Assembly: GCA_043805735.1 (NCBI GenBank)
Contig: JAZDHS010000044.1
Span: 4,829 to 68,828, forward strand
From: Candidatus Omnitrophota bacterium
Lineage (GTDB): Bacteria > Omnitrophota > Gorgyraeia > JAFGHF01
Length of the DNA: 64,000 nucleotides
Direction: 5' to 3'
Part shown: piece by piece, positions 18,987 to 29,158 of the stretch
How positions within the stretch are numbered: position 1 is the stretch's first letter
Layout: each line of letters begins with the position of its first letter
The notes under the pieces: model-generated
The model's input: only the letters and a program-made list of their open reading frames with translations
What the model was told of the DNA's origin: nothing
Database searches by the model: none
Translations under genes and position numbers: made by a program

Positions 18987-19430
18987 ATGGAAGTAATCTT
19001 GAAGAAAAACGTGGAGAGAATCGGCCAGGCGGGCGATACTGTTTCGGTAAAAGACGGTTTCGCGCGCAATTATCTATTACCGCAAGGGCTCGCCCTGGCG
19101 GCGACGTCAGCCAATCTCAAAGTGATTGCCGTGGAAAAGAAAAAAGAGGCCCAGCGATTAGAAAAGGAAAAACTCCAGGCGCAAGAATTGGCGCAGAAAA
19201 TTAATGCCAGCTCCTGCACGATTACGGCCAAGGCCGGGGACGACGGCAAGCTTTTTGGCAGCGTTACTAATCAGGATATTGCCGACGCCTATAAAGCCGA
19301 AGGCATTACTCTTGACAAAAGAAAGATTGAGCTGCCGGAAAATATTAAAGAAGTCGGTGTGTTCAAGGTGGTAGTGAAGCTGCATCCGGAAGTGGCGGCT
19401 GAAGCCAAAATTTGGGTAGTTAAGGAATAA
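18987..19430 (+). CDS. rplI: 50S ribosomal protein bL9
   Basis: MEVIL, VKDGFARNYLLP, GKLFGSVT. Confidence 0.97.
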   Translation: MEVILKKNVERIGQAGDTVSVKDGFARNYLLPQGLALAATSANLKVIAVEKKKEAQRLEKEKLQAQELAQKINASSCTITAKAGDDGKLFGSVTNQDIADAYKAEGITLDKRKIELPENIKEVGVFKVVVKLHPEVAAEAKIWVVKE

Positions 19431-19450
19431 AGCGATAGGCAATAAACAAG

Positions 19451-20818
19451 ATGGTCGTTGGTAATATCAATAAGAAAGATACTAAGGACATATCCTTAGA
19501 CAAGATCCCGCCGCAAAGTATCGAAGCGGAGGTGGCGGTGTTGGGTTCGATGCTCATCGAAGACGAGGCCCTTGGCCATGCGGTAGAGATTATCAAGCCC
19601 TCCTATTTCTATAAGGATGCCCACCGGAAAATCTTTGAAGCGATTATTGATTTATATAATGCCAACAAAGCCGTAGATTTGATTACGCTTACCGAGGAAC
19701 TAAAAAGACGCAACGAGCTTGACGATATCGGTGGGCCGGCCTATTTGACGGAATTGACTGCGGCTGTTCCGACCGCTGCCAATGTGCTCTATTACGCGAA
19801 AATTGTCAAAGAAAAAGCGATCTTGCGCACGTTAATTACCACCGCCACCCAGATTATCGCCCAAAGTTACGACGCCCAGCAGGATGCCAACTTTCTTTTA
19901 GATAATGCGGAAAAGCAGATTTTTGATATTTCCGGTTCGCAAATTTCCGGCGCCGCCGTCGCGATAAAAGAGATTATCAAAGACAGTATTGAGACTATCG
20001 AAGGATTTTACCGGCGCAAGGCCCATGTTACCGGCCTGCCTACCGGATTTGACGATTTGGATATGATGACCTCGGGGCTGCATAACAGCGAGTTAATTAT
20101 CGTTGCCGGCCGGCCCTCGATGGGTAAGAGCGCCCTGACTACCTGTATTGCCGAATACGTCGGGGTTCAGGAGCGCAAAGGCGTAGCCATCTTTAGTTTA
20201 GAAATGTCCAAAGAGCAGTTGGTGCAGAGGATGCTTTGTTCGCATGCGCGCGTGGAATTGCAGAAAGCGCGCAGCGGTTTTTTAACGCAGAGTGATTGGC
20301 CAAAACTGGTGACCGCGGCGGGAAAACTTGCCGAGGCCCCGATTTTTATCGATGATAGCGCCGGCTTAACGGCGTTGGAGCTGCGCGCCAAGGCCCGGCG
20401 GTTGAAGAGCCGCCACGATATCCAGCTGGTTATCGTCGACTATCTGCAATTGATGAGCGGCGCCTCCAGAATTGAAAACCGCCAGCAGGAGATTTCCGAC
20501 ATCTCGCGATCGCTAAAAACCTTGTCGAAAGAACTGAATATACCGATAATTGCCGTGAGCCAGCTTTCCCGGGCCCCGGAAAAAAGAGATACCAATAAGC
20601 CGCGGCTTTCTGACTTAAGAGAATCCGGCGCCATTGAACAGGATGCTGATGTAGTGTTCTTATTGTTCCGTGAAGAATATTATACGCCTAAAGACAACAA
20701 TAAAGGTATCACCGAAGTCAATGTGGCCAAACAGAGAAATGGCCCGGTGGGCCCGCAGAACTTATTATTTTTAAGCGAGTATACCAGATTTGAAAACCTA
20801 TCAAGACGGGAGGAATAG
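19451..20818 (+). CDS. dnaB: replicative DNA helicase
   Basis: PPQSIEAE, AGRPSMGKS, DYLQLM, SQLSR, DLRESGAIEQDAD, KQRNGP; no intein. Confidence 0.97.
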   Translation: MVVGNINKKDTKDISLDKIPPQSIEAEVAVLGSMLIEDEALGHAVEIIKPSYFYKDAHRKIFEAIIDLYNANKAVDLITLTEELKRRNELDDIGGPAYLTELTAAVPTAANVLYYAKIVKEKAILRTLITTATQIIAQSYDAQQDANFLLDNAEKQIFDISGSQISGAAVAIKEIIKDSIETIEGFYRRKAHVTGLPTGFDDLDMMTSGLHNSELIIVAGRPSMGKSALTTCIAEYVGVQERKGVAIFSLEMSKEQLVQRMLCSHARVELQKARSGFLTQSDWPKLVTAAGKLAEAPIFIDDSAGLTALELRAKARRLKSRHDIQLVIVDYLQLMSGASRIENRQQEISDISRSLKTLSKELNIPIIAVSQLSRAPEKRDTNKPRLSDLRESGAIEQDADVVFLLFREEYYTPKDNNKGITEVNVAKQRNGPVGPQNLLFLSEYTRFENLSRREE

Positions 20819-20821
20819 CCC

Positions 20822-23131
20822 TTGAAGGCCAAGCGAATATTCATGATTCTAATGATGTGCGTTGCCTGCGTAGCCGGCAGTATTAATGCCTGGGCCCAGG
20901 AAGAGCAAACTGAAGAGCCCGAGAAACTGGTGACCAAGGTAGAGGCGCAAGGCAATAAGAATATCAGCAGCGCCACAATTATTGCCAAGGTGAGAACCAG
21001 AGAAGGCAAGCCTTTTTCTCAGATGGTGGCCAGCGATGATTTAAAGCGGCTCTATGCCTTAGGCTACTTTAGCGATATCAAGGTTGACCTGCAAGACGTT
21101 GCCGAAGGAGTAGTAGTTATTTTCCGCGTCAAAGAATTACCGGTTGTTTCCGCCATCGCTATTGCCGGTAACAGCTCGATTAAGACCGAAAAACTGCAAA
21201 AGCTGGTTCAGTCCAAGACCGAGGATTTTTTTAATCCCCAGCAGTTGAAGCAGGATATGCGCGATATCCAAAAGGCCTACGAGGAGAAAGGTTTTCCCTT
21301 AGCGAATATTGATTACGAAATGACCGTGGATGACCAGACGAATAAGGCGAATATCGCGATTAATATTCAGGAAAAAGAACGTGTTAAAATTAAGGAAATC
21401 TATATTGAAGGTAACGTGGCCTTTTCCGATAAAAAGATTCTCAAGCTGATGCGTACGCGTAAAGATATGCTCTTTACGTCCGGCGTGTATAAGAAAGAGG
21501 TCTTTGATCTCGACCTGGAAAAAGTCTCGGCGTTTTACCAGCAAAACGGATATCTGGACGTGAAGGTTAGTTCGGAGATATCTTATGGTGAAAAGCCCAG
21601 TCAAATGTTTCTTACGCTTAAAATCGATGAAGGAAAACAGTACCGTGTCGGTAACATCAGCATCGAGGGCACCGAGGTCTTTCCGGAACAGGCAGTGCAG
21701 GAGCGTCTGGCGATGAAACCGGAGGGGATCTTCAGCTATGACGAGCTTAAATATGACTTGGCTAATATTCAGGGATTTTATTTTGAAAAAGGGTACATTT
21801 CCGCGGCGGTGGCCGTGGACACACCGCTCAACGAACAAAGTGGCAAGATCGATATATTCTATAAGATTCAGGAAAATGAGCTTTCTTATATTGATAAAAT
21901 TAAGATCCGGGGCAATACTAAAACTAAAGATACCGTTATCCGGCGTGAACTGCGCGTTTATCCCGGCGAGCCTTTTGACGGCACGAAATTAAAACGCAGT
22001 AAAGAGCGGCTTTATAATTTGGGGTTTTTCCAGGAGATCAGCTATGAGACCGAGGCCGCAAAGGAGCCGGATAAAAAGGATTTAATCGTCAACGTTCAGG
22101 AGGCCAAGACCGGCGAATTTGCTTTCGGCGCGGGATTTAGCTCCGTCGAGCGGTTTGTCGGATTTGTCGAAGTGGCCCAGCGTAACTTTGATATCATGAA
22201 CTGGCAGACCTTTACCGGCGCCGGACAGGATTTACGGGCCAAGGTGGAGTTTGGTATGACCCGACGCGAATTTGATTTAAGTTTCACCGAGCCCTGGATC
22301 TTCGGCTATCCGCTGGAATTTGGTGTAGACGGGTATAATCGCGTCCGCGAGCGCTCCGGAGTAACCGGCTACAGCTATGACGAATCCCGGACCGGCGGCG
22401 ACCTGCGCCTGGGTAAGGAATTTACCGATATCTTCCGTGGCGACCTGATGTATAAGCTCGAGTCCGTAGATATTTCTAACGTTCCCGATGACGCCTCGGC
22501 ATCCCTGCTTGCTGAGACAGGCGAAACCACGATCAGTAGTATGACCTTGGCGCTGACGCGCGATACGCGCGACAATGTCTATAGCCCGACTAAAGGCTTG
22601 GTTTTATCCAGTTCCGGAGAAGTGGCCGGCGGTCCGTTTGGCTTTGACGAAGACTTCTTTAAAATTATCGGTTCGGCGGATCTATACCATACGCTCATTG
22701 AGCGGTTGCTGCTGGAGCTCAAAGTCGTTGCCGCCGGCGCAGGCACTTACAGCGATACGGATACGCTTCCGGTCTATGAACGTTTTTACGCCGGAGGTAC
22801 CAATAGTATTAGAGGGTATAAGGAACGTACGGTCGGCCCCAAGGATGTTTCCGGTGAACCCACCGGCGGAGAATCGACAATATATGGCAGCGCCGAATTG
22901 ACCTATCCCATTTTTGACATGATTAAAGTGGCTACCTTTTGTGATTTTGGCAACGTCTGGGAAAAATTAGGCAATATCGGCAGCGGCGATTACCGTTACA
23001 GTGCCGGCGTTGGGGTGAGGGTAAAAACCCCGATGGGCCCGGTTAAGTTAGATTATGGCTATCCTTTAAAAGTTGATCCCGGTGAAGACCAGGAAGGCCG
23101 TTTCCATTTTAGTATGAGTAGAGGATTCTAA
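20822..23131 (+). CDS. bamA: outer membrane protein assembly factor BamA
   Basis: signal peptide, POTRA repeats, GNTKTKDTVIRRE, IRGY motif, terminal Phe. Confidence 0.95.
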   Translation: MKAKRIFMILMMCVACVAGSINAWAQEEQTEEPEKLVTKVEAQGNKNISSATIIAKVRTREGKPFSQMVASDDLKRLYALGYFSDIKVDLQDVAEGVVVIFRVKELPVVSAIAIAGNSSIKTEKLQKLVQSKTEDFFNPQQLKQDMRDIQKAYEEKGFPLANIDYEMTVDDQTNKANIAINIQEKERVKIKEIYIEGNVAFSDKKILKLMRTRKDMLFTSGVYKKEVFDLDLEKVSAFYQQNGYLDVKVSSEISYGEKPSQMFLTLKIDEGKQYRVGNISIEGTEVFPEQAVQERLAMKPEGIFSYDELKYDLANIQGFYFEKGYISAAVAVDTPLNEQSGKIDIFYKIQENELSYIDKIKIRGNTKTKDTVIRRELRVYPGEPFDGTKLKRSKERLYNLGFFQEISYETEAAKEPDKKDLIVNVQEAKTGEFAFGAGFSSVERFVGFVEVAQRNFDIMNWQTFTGAGQDLRAKVEFGMTRREFDLSFTEPWIFGYPLEFGVDGYNRVRERSGVTGYSYDESRTGGDLRLGKEFTDIFRGDLMYKLESVDISNVPDDASASLLAETGETTISSMTLALTRDTRDNVYSPTKGLVLSSSGEVAGGPFGFDEDFFKIIGSADLYHTLIERLLLELKVVAAGAGTYSDTDTLPVYERFYAGGTNSIRGYKERTVGPKDVSGEPTGGESTIYGSAELTYPIFDMIKVATFCDFGNVWEKLGNIGSGDYRYSAGVGVRVKTPMGPVKLDYGYPLKVDPGEDQEGRFHFSMSRGF

Positions 23132-23152
23132 ACGTAGAAAGAGAGGAAAGAA

Positions 23153-23659
23153 ATGCGCAATATTATTACAGTACTGGTGTTAATTGTGGCTCTGTGTAGT
23201 TGGACTACCATTGCCCAGGCCCAGGAGATAAAGATCGGTTATATCAATTTGAAAAAGTTGCTCGATGATTATAAGAAGGTAGCCGACGGCGAAGGCGTGC
23301 TCTTAAAGCAGGCCGAGGGTAAAAACGCAGAGCGGGAAAAGATGGTTAACGACATTAAGGCCTTGCGGGAAAAAATCGAGCTGATGGATGAAAAGCAAAA
23401 AGTAGCCAAGCAGACCGAGCTGGATGATAAGGTAAAAGCGTTACAGGATTATACCTACCAGACGCGGGCCGACCTGCGCCAGGACCGCGACGAAAAATTC
23501 CGCGAAATTATGCAAGAGATCAAGACGGTAATCGAAGAATACGGCAAAAGCAATAATTATAATCTCATTCTTGATGATACCCTGATTTTGTATAAGCAGG
23601 AAACCCTCGACGTTACTGAGCCGGTTGTCAAGATGCTCAACGAGCGGTATAAGCAGTAA
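23153..23659 (+). CDS. skp: periplasmic chaperone Skp/OmpH
   Basis: signal peptide, KIGYIN, coiled coil, DVTE; position after bamA. Confidence 0.9.
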   Translation: MRNIITVLVLIVALCSWTTIAQAQEIKIGYINLKKLLDDYKKVADGEGVLLKQAEGKNAEREKMVNDIKALREKIELMDEKQKVAKQTELDDKVKALQDYTYQTRADLRQDRDEKFREIMQEIKTVIEEYGKSNNYNLILDDTLILYKQETLDVTEPVVKMLNERYKQ

Positions 23660-23682
23660 GGAGATTATTAAAACAACGTAAG

Positions 23683-24756
23683 ATGAAAAAGTCCTTGGCG
23701 GAATTAGCGAAAATTGTGGATGGCGAGGTAGTCGGCGATAGCGCGCTCACCGTAAGTGGCGTTTCGGGAATTAAAGAAGCCTCACCGGGTGAGATTGCCT
23801 TCTTGGCCAATCCGAAATATGCCGCGCTTTTGGAAACGACTCAGGCGACGGCAATTATCACTTCCAAAGAAATCACCCGCGCCCCTAAAGCGATTATCCG
23901 TACGGAAAATCCATCACTGGCTTTCGCCAAGATTGTTTCTTTGTTTGCTCCCGATGCCGTGGAGCGCCCCCAAGGCATACACGCCAGCGCTGTAGTTGGT
24001 AAAAACGTCAAGCTCGGTAAGGGCGTAGCGATTCAGGCTCATTGCGTGGTGGAAGATAACGCGCAAATCGGTGACCAGACTATCCTCTACGCCGGTGTTT
24101 ACGTGGGCCAACAGGTTAAGATTGGCGCTAACTGTGTAATTTATCCCCATGTTTCCGTCCGGGAAAGAGTAATTATCGGTAACCGCGTGATTATTCATAA
24201 CGGTGCGGTAATTGGCAGCGATGGCTTTGGCTACGCCAGCGTCGCCGGCATGCACCAGAAGATTCCCCAGATTGGCACGGTAGTCATTGAAGATGACGTC
24301 GAGATTGGCGCAAATGTAACTATTGACCGGGCGCGCTTTGATAAAACCATGATTGGCCGGGGCACGAAGATCGATAACTTGGTCCAGATTGCCCATAACG
24401 TCGTTATCGGCGAAAACTCAATTATTGTCGCCCAGGCGGGAATTTCCGGAAGCACGGTAATCGGTAAAAACGTCACCGTTGCCGGACAGGCCGGAATAGT
24501 CGGGCATATCAGTATTGGCGATGACGCCGTCGTGGCCGCCCAGGCCGGGGTCACCAAAAGCGTGCCGCCACGAACCTGTGTATCAGGGTATCCCGCTAAA
24601 CCCCATAACGTGGCCAAGCGGATTAATGCCTATGTCCAAAGACTGCCGGAATTATTCCTAAAAGTGTCAGAGATTGAAAAAAAGGTAAACGAGGCGAACA
24701 ACTCCTCATGGAAAAGCAAAGAACGATCAAAAAAGAAGCAAAGGTCAGCGGCGTAG
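23683..24756 (+). CDS. lpxD: UDP-3-O-acylglucosamine N-acyltransferase
   Basis: [33 protein letters not shown]. Confidence 0.96.
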   Translation: MKKSLAELAKIVDGEVVGDSALTVSGVSGIKEASPGEIAFLANPKYAALLETTQATAIITSKEITRAPKAIIRTENPSLAFAKIVSLFAPDAVERPQGIHASAVVGKNVKLGKGVAIQAHCVVEDNAQIGDQTILYAGVYVGQQVKIGANCVIYPHVSVRERVIIGNRVIIHNGAVIGSDGFGYASVAGMHQKIPQIGTVVIEDDVEIGANVTIDRARFDKTMIGRGTKIDNLVQIAHNVVIGENSIIVAQAGISGSTVIGKNVTVAGQAGIVGHISIGDDAVVAAQAGVTKSVPPRTCVSGYPAKPHNVAKRINAYVQRLPELFLKVSEIEKKVNEANNSSWKSKERSKKKQRSAA

Positions 24757-26024
24757 GCATCCACACCGGTAAAAAGGTGGAGCTTACTTTTAAGCCTGCG
24801 GCGCCCGATACGGGGATTATGTTTAGGCGCTGCGATTTGCCGGGAAGCCCTGAGATTCACGCCGTGATAGCTTCGGTTTTGGAAAAAAGCCTGCAGTTAA
24901 GGCGCACATCATTGGGCAACGGCCGGGCCGAAGTGCACACCGTGGAACACCTCTTATCGGCGCTTTTTGGCGCCGGTATCGATAATATTATCGTCGAAAT
25001 AAATTCCGAAGAAGTGCCGGCGCTCAACGGAGGCGCTTCCGAATTTCACCGGATTTTCTCCCAGGCTGGAATTATTGAGCTCGCCCCGCCAAAAAATACC
25101 TTTACCGTACGAGAGCCGCTGTGGCTGGGGGAAGGCGATTCCTTCCTTTCGGTTTTTCCCGACGAGCAGTTTCGCATTTCTTATACCTTAAGTTATCCTA
25201 AAACGAACTTGCACCAGTATTTAAATCTGGTGATCAATGAACAAAGTTATACCAAGGAGCTTGCCCCCTGCAAGACCTTCTGTCTGGAAAGTGAGATCGA
25301 GCAGCTGCGCAAGCAAGGCTTAGGCAAGGGCGCGACCACAGAAAATACTATCGTGGTTGGCAAAAACGGGGTGGTCAAGGGTACGCCCACCTTTCCCGAT
25401 GAATTCGCCCGGCATAAGGTCTTGGATTTAATTGGCGACTTCTGTCTTTTGGCGCCGGCGATTAAAGGGCACGTGGTGGCGGTAAAAAGCGGCCATACGC
25501 TCAATATTAAATTTTTGCAGAAGCTCAGCGGCCTGGCGAAAGCCGGGTTAGTCCAAGACACGGCGAAAAAAAGGGGCACGGTCGCCCCGCCTTTTGATAT
25601 CGAGAAGATTATGGCGGTGCTGCCGCACCGTTATCCTTTTCTTCTGGTCGACCGGGCGATTGAATTTAGCGCCGACCAGCACATTACTTGCATCAAAAAT
25701 GTGACGATTAACGAGCAGTTTTTTACCGGTCATTTTCCCGGCCGGCCGGTGATGCCCGGCGTTTTAATTATTGAGGCGATGGCTCAGGCCGCGGGGATCT
25801 TGATGCTTTCCCGCCAGGATAATCGGGGAAAACTAGCCTACTTCATGACGATGGATAATGTAAAATTCCGCAAGACCGTTATTCCCGGCGACCAGCTGGT
25901 GCTGGATATCGACGTAGTACGGATCAAATCAAGGATGATTCAAATTCGCGGCCAGGCCCTGGTTGATGGTAAGACCGTAGCCGAGGCCGATTTAATGTTT
26001 ACCTTGGTGCCCAAAAATGAATGA
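24708..26024 (+). CDS. lpxC: bifunctional LpxC deacetylase / FabZ dehydratase fusion
   Basis: [28 protein letters not shown]; then [32 protein letters not shown]. Confidence 0.94.
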   Translation: MEKQRTIKKEAKVSGVGIHTGKKVELTFKPAAPDTGIMFRRCDLPGSPEIHAVIASVLEKSLQLRRTSLGNGRAEVHTVEHLLSALFGAGIDNIIVEINSEEVPALNGGASEFHRIFSQAGIIELAPPKNTFTVREPLWLGEGDSFLSVFPDEQFRISYTLSYPKTNLHQYLNLVINEQSYTKELAPCKTFCLESEIEQLRKQGLGKGATTENTIVVGKNGVVKGTPTFPDEFARHKVLDLIGDFCLLAPAIKGHVVAVKSGHTLNIKFLQKLSGLAKAGLVQDTAKKRGTVAPPFDIEKIMAVLPHRYPFLLVDRAIEFSADQHITCIKNVTINEQFFTGHFPGRPVMPGVLIIEAMAQAAGILMLSRQDNRGKLAYFMTMDNVKFRKTVIPGDQLVLDIDVVRIKSRMIQIRGQALVDGKTVAEADLMFTLVPKNE

Positions 26025-26799
26025 GACCAATATCCAATCTACCGCCCAGATTTCACCCGGAGCACAAATAGCTGATGATGCTGAAATCGGCCATTACGCG
26101 ATTATCGGCCCGGAAGTAAAAATCGGTGCCGGTACAAAGGTTGGCGACCATTGTGTGATTACCGGCACCACGACCATTGGCCGGAATAACCAGATTTTTA
26201 CCGGCGCGGTCATCGGTAGTATACCCCAGGATAAAAAATACCAGGGCGAAAAAACCGAATTGGTTATCGGTGACGATAACATTATCCGGGAATACGCGAC
26301 CATTAATTTAGGCACCGCGGCCAATCTTAAAACCGTAGTCGGCAACAACAATTTGATCATGGCCTATGCCCATATTGCCCACGACTGCGTTATTGGTAAT
26401 AATGTGGTGATGGCCAATGTCGCCACGCTCGCTGGACACATTATTATTGAAGACCGGGCCACGCTCGGGGGCTTAGCGGCCGTTCATCAGTTTGTGCGCA
26501 TTGGCACCTTAGCTATTGTCGGCGGATGCTCCAAGGTGATCCAGGATATCCCGCCTTATTCAATGTGCGATGGCCATCCCGCCAGCGTCCACGGCCTAAA
26601 TAAAGTCGGCCTGGAACGTCAAGGGATCAGCAAAGAGACCAGGACTCAGCTTAAGCATGCCTTCACGATTCTTTTTAGCTCGGGGCTGACTATTCCTCAT
26701 GCGCTCAAAAAAGTCGAGGAAGAGGTTGATCTTAAGCTTCCCGAGGTCCTACACCTGGTTAATTTTATCAAAAATTCCGAACGCGGGGTGTGCCGGTAA
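26017..26799 (+). CDS. lpxA: UDP-N-acetylglucosamine acyltransferase
   Basis: PQDKKY, IREYATI, AHIAHDC, VHQFVRIG, GLNKVGL. Confidence 0.96.
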   Translation: MNETNIQSTAQISPGAQIADDAEIGHYAIIGPEVKIGAGTKVGDHCVITGTTTIGRNNQIFTGAVIGSIPQDKKYQGEKTELVIGDDNIIREYATINLGTAANLKTVVGNNNLIMAYAHIAHDCVIGNNVVMANVATLAGHIIIEDRATLGGLAAVHQFVRIGTLAIVGGCSKVIQDIPPYSMCDGHPASVHGLNKVGLERQGISKETRTQLKHAFTILFSSGLTIPHALKKVEEEVDLKLPEVLHLVNFIKNSERGVCR

Positions 26800-26804
26800 C
26801 CACG

Positions 26805-27611
26805 ATGAGTGAACGTATTGGTTTGATTGCGGGAAACGGACAGTTTCCCGTTCTTTTTGCCCAGGCGGCCCGCAAGAAAGGCAAGGAAGTCATTGCGATT
26901 GCGGTTCGTGAGGAAACCGACCCAGAGCTGGAAAAGTATGTCCAGCAGATTTACTGGATTGGCGTAGGCAACTTAAAAGAGTTTTTTGAAATTTTAAAAA
27001 AAGAAAATTTGAAAAAAATAGTGATGGCCGGGCAAATCCGGCCGGCGCATTTGTTTGCGAAAGAGACGCGGATGGATGAGCACCTGAAAAGCTTCTTGAG
27101 CGCGGTTAAGGATAAACGGGCCAATTCTCTTTTAGGCGGCGTGGCCCGGCTGTTACGCCTCAAAGGGATCAAGCTTTTGGACTCCACGCTGTATTTAAAG
27201 GAACACCTTGTCCGCCGGGGAGTACTGACCAGCAGTTCACCTACTCACCAACAATGGGAAGATATCCGTTTTGGCCGCTATATCGCCAAGCGCATCGGCG
27301 CCTTGGATATTGGCCAGACCGTGGTCGTAAAAGATAAAGCCATTTTGGCTATTGAGGCGATTGAAGGGACGGACCAGGTGATTGCCCGCGGGGGAATGCT
27401 GGCGCGAGAAGGCGCGGTAGTAGTAAAAATGGCCAAGCCCCGCCAGGATATGCGTTTTGACGTTCCGCTCATTGGCCCCAAGACGCTGGAATCCTGCGCC
27501 CGCGCCGGCTGTTCAGTATTAGCCATGGAGGCCGGCAAAACCCTGCTCTTGGAAAAAGAAAACTGCCTTGAGCTGGCTGAAAAACACCACCTCTGCCTCG
27601 TCGGTATCTAA
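26805..27611 (+). CDS. lpxI: UDP-2,3-diacylglucosamine diphosphatase LpxI
   Basis: IGLIAGNGQFP, DIGQTVVV, EAIEGTD, QDMRFDVP. Confidence 0.92.
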   Translation: MSERIGLIAGNGQFPVLFAQAARKKGKEVIAIAVREETDPELEKYVQQIYWIGVGNLKEFFEILKKENLKKIVMAGQIRPAHLFAKETRMDEHLKSFLSAVKDKRANSLLGGVARLLRLKGIKLLDSTLYLKEHLVRRGVLTSSSPTHQQWEDIRFGRYIAKRIGALDIGQTVVVKDKAILAIEAIEGTDQVIARGGMLAREGAVVVKMAKPRQDMRFDVPLIGPKTLESCARAGCSVLAMEAGKTLLLEKENCLELAEKHHLCLVGI

Positions 27612-27641
27612 CTCACCCTTTAACCTTATGCTAATTAGCTC

Positions 27642-27825
27642 GGTGTTTTTGCTCGCTCGCTGAAATTTTTCGCCGAGTTGTGGCACTTAGCGGCTCGAAA
27701 ATTTGGCGAAATTCCCTCGTCAGAATATAATTTGGCGTAACTCGGTCAGTTTCGCCATTTTCTCGCCGTAAGTGCTCACAACTCCTTTGCCGAAAAATTT
27801 CTGAGGCTCGCTCCGCAAAAACACC
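27642..27825. other. 184-nt imperfect palindrome (candidate ncRNA or MITE-like element)
   Basis: GGTGTTTTTGC/GCAAAAACACC, GAAATTTTTCG/CGAAAAATTTC, AGTTGTG/CACAACT, GCACTTA/TAAGTGC, TGGCGAAA/TTTCGCCA. Confidence 0.75.
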
Positions 27826-27840
27826 TCGCCTGATGATTTG

Positions 27841-28007
27841 ATTGGGCGGGTGCCTGGGATTTTCGGAGCGGGGCGTTGCGGAGGCCGAGCGGGCATGGTT
27901 CGCCAGCTAATGCCACTATGCGAGAGCGAGGCCGGAGCCGAGTGAGTTTGCCACGCTGGGGCAAACGAACGTCCCCGCGAGAAAATCCCAGGCAGGACCC
28001 GCCCGAT
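27841..28007. other. 167-nt branched GC-rich palindrome (candidate ncRNA or MITE-like element)
   Basis: GGGCGGGT/ACCCGCCC, GCCTGGGATTTTC/GAAAATCCCAGGC, GCGGGG/CCCCGC, inner GTTTGCC/GGCAAAC hairpin. Confidence 0.75.
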
Positions 28008-28025
28008 AACGGATATATGCAAACG

Positions 28026-28054
28026 TTTACTTTTTAGCTATTCCGCTGTATAAT
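28026..28054 (+). promoter_or_regulatory. sigma70 promoter just before amrS paralogue 2 (very short or no leader)
   Basis: TTTACT-17nt-TATAAT, 9 nt before ATG, no SD. Confidence 0.6.
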
Positions 28055-28063
28055 AAAAAAGAT

Positions 28064-29158
28064 ATGTATAAGAAATTATTAGGGTTTATTTTATGCTGGT
28101 GTTTGCTATTGCCGGCGCAGGCGGTGGCGGCGCAAAAGCCGCTGCCAGAGAATGCTCGCGAGGCATCGTATTATCAGCAGATCGACGCGCTGACGGTGCA
28201 ATGCCAGCTTTGCCCGCATAGCTGTCTGCTGACGGAAGGCCTGCGCGGAATCTGCCGGGTGCGCGAATCGCGGGGCGGAAAGCTCTATACGCTGGCCTAT
28301 GCCAATCCCTGCACCTACCACATCGACCCGATCGAAAAAAAGCCAGTTTACCACGTGTTGCCTGGCTCGGTAGTGTTCTCAATTGCCACCGCCGGTTGCA
28401 ACTTGCGTTGCAAGTTTTGCCAGAACTGGAACATCTCGCAGCGTGCCCCCGAAGAGGTAGACAGTATCAAGATGAACCCCGAAGAAGTAGTCGCCGCGGC
28501 AATCCGCAGCGGCTGCACTGCCGTTGCCTATACCTATACCGAGCCGATTGTCTTTTATGAGTATATGCTCGACACCGCCAAACTCGCCCGCGCAAAGGGC
28601 TTAAAAAACATTATGGTCACCGCCGGTTACATTAACGAAGAGCCGTTACGGGCCTTATGTAAATATATTGACGTAATCAAAGTAGACTTTAAGAGCATCG
28701 ATGAAAATTATCTGATAAAAGTTTGCGGCGAAAAACTGGAGCCGCTGTTACGCACGCTTAAAGTGATCAAAGAAGAGGGGGTCTGGCTGGAGGTGGTCAA
28801 TTTAATCGTGCCGACCTTAAATGACAATATGGAAACAATCAAAAAGATGTGCGTTTGGATTAAAGATAACTTAGGCGATGAGGTGCCGCTGCATTTTTCC
28901 CGTTTTAGCCCTAATTACCAATTAAAAAATCTCTTTATGACCCCGCTGGCCACCTTAGAGCAGGCGAAAAAGACCGCCGAAGACGTAGGTTTGAAATTTG
29001 TCTATATTGGCAATGTTCCCGGCCACCCCGCTGAGCACACCTACTGCCCGGACTGTAAAGCCCTGCTCGTTGAACGGATCGGCTACTCGATTAAACAGAA
29101 TAATATCGCCGATGGAAAATGTAAATTCTGTGGGCGCGCCATTCCCGGAATTTGGTAA
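28064..29158 (+). CDS. amrS: AmmeMemoRadiSam radical SAM enzyme (long paralogue, signal-peptide-like N-terminus)
   Basis: CQLCPHSC, DPIEKKP, GCNLRCKFCQNWNISQ, YTYTEP, PLHFSRF, C-terminal CPDC..CKFC. Confidence 0.9.
   Translation: MYKKLLGFILCWCLLLPAQAVAAQKPLPENAREASYYQQIDALTVQCQLCPHSCLLTEGLRGICRVRESRGGKLYTLAYANPCTYHIDPIEKKPVYHVLPGSVVFSIATAGCNLRCKFCQNWNISQRAPEEVDSIKMNPEEVVAAAIRSGCTAVAYTYTEPIVFYEYMLDTAKLARAKGLKNIMVTAGYINEEPLRALCKYIDVIKVDFKSIDENYLIKVCGEKLEPLLRTLKVIKEEGVWLEVVNLIVPTLNDNMETIKKMCVWIKDNLGDEVPLHFSRFSPNYQLKNLFMTPLATLEQAKKTAEDVGLKFVYIGNVPGHPAEHTYCPDCKALLVERIGYSIKQNNIADGKCKFCGRAIPGIW

Noticed and set aside
27720-28022. 100-aa and 62-aa minus-strand ORFs in the lpxI-amrS gap
   Set aside because: No recognisable motifs or SD; explained by GC-rich palindromic DNA.
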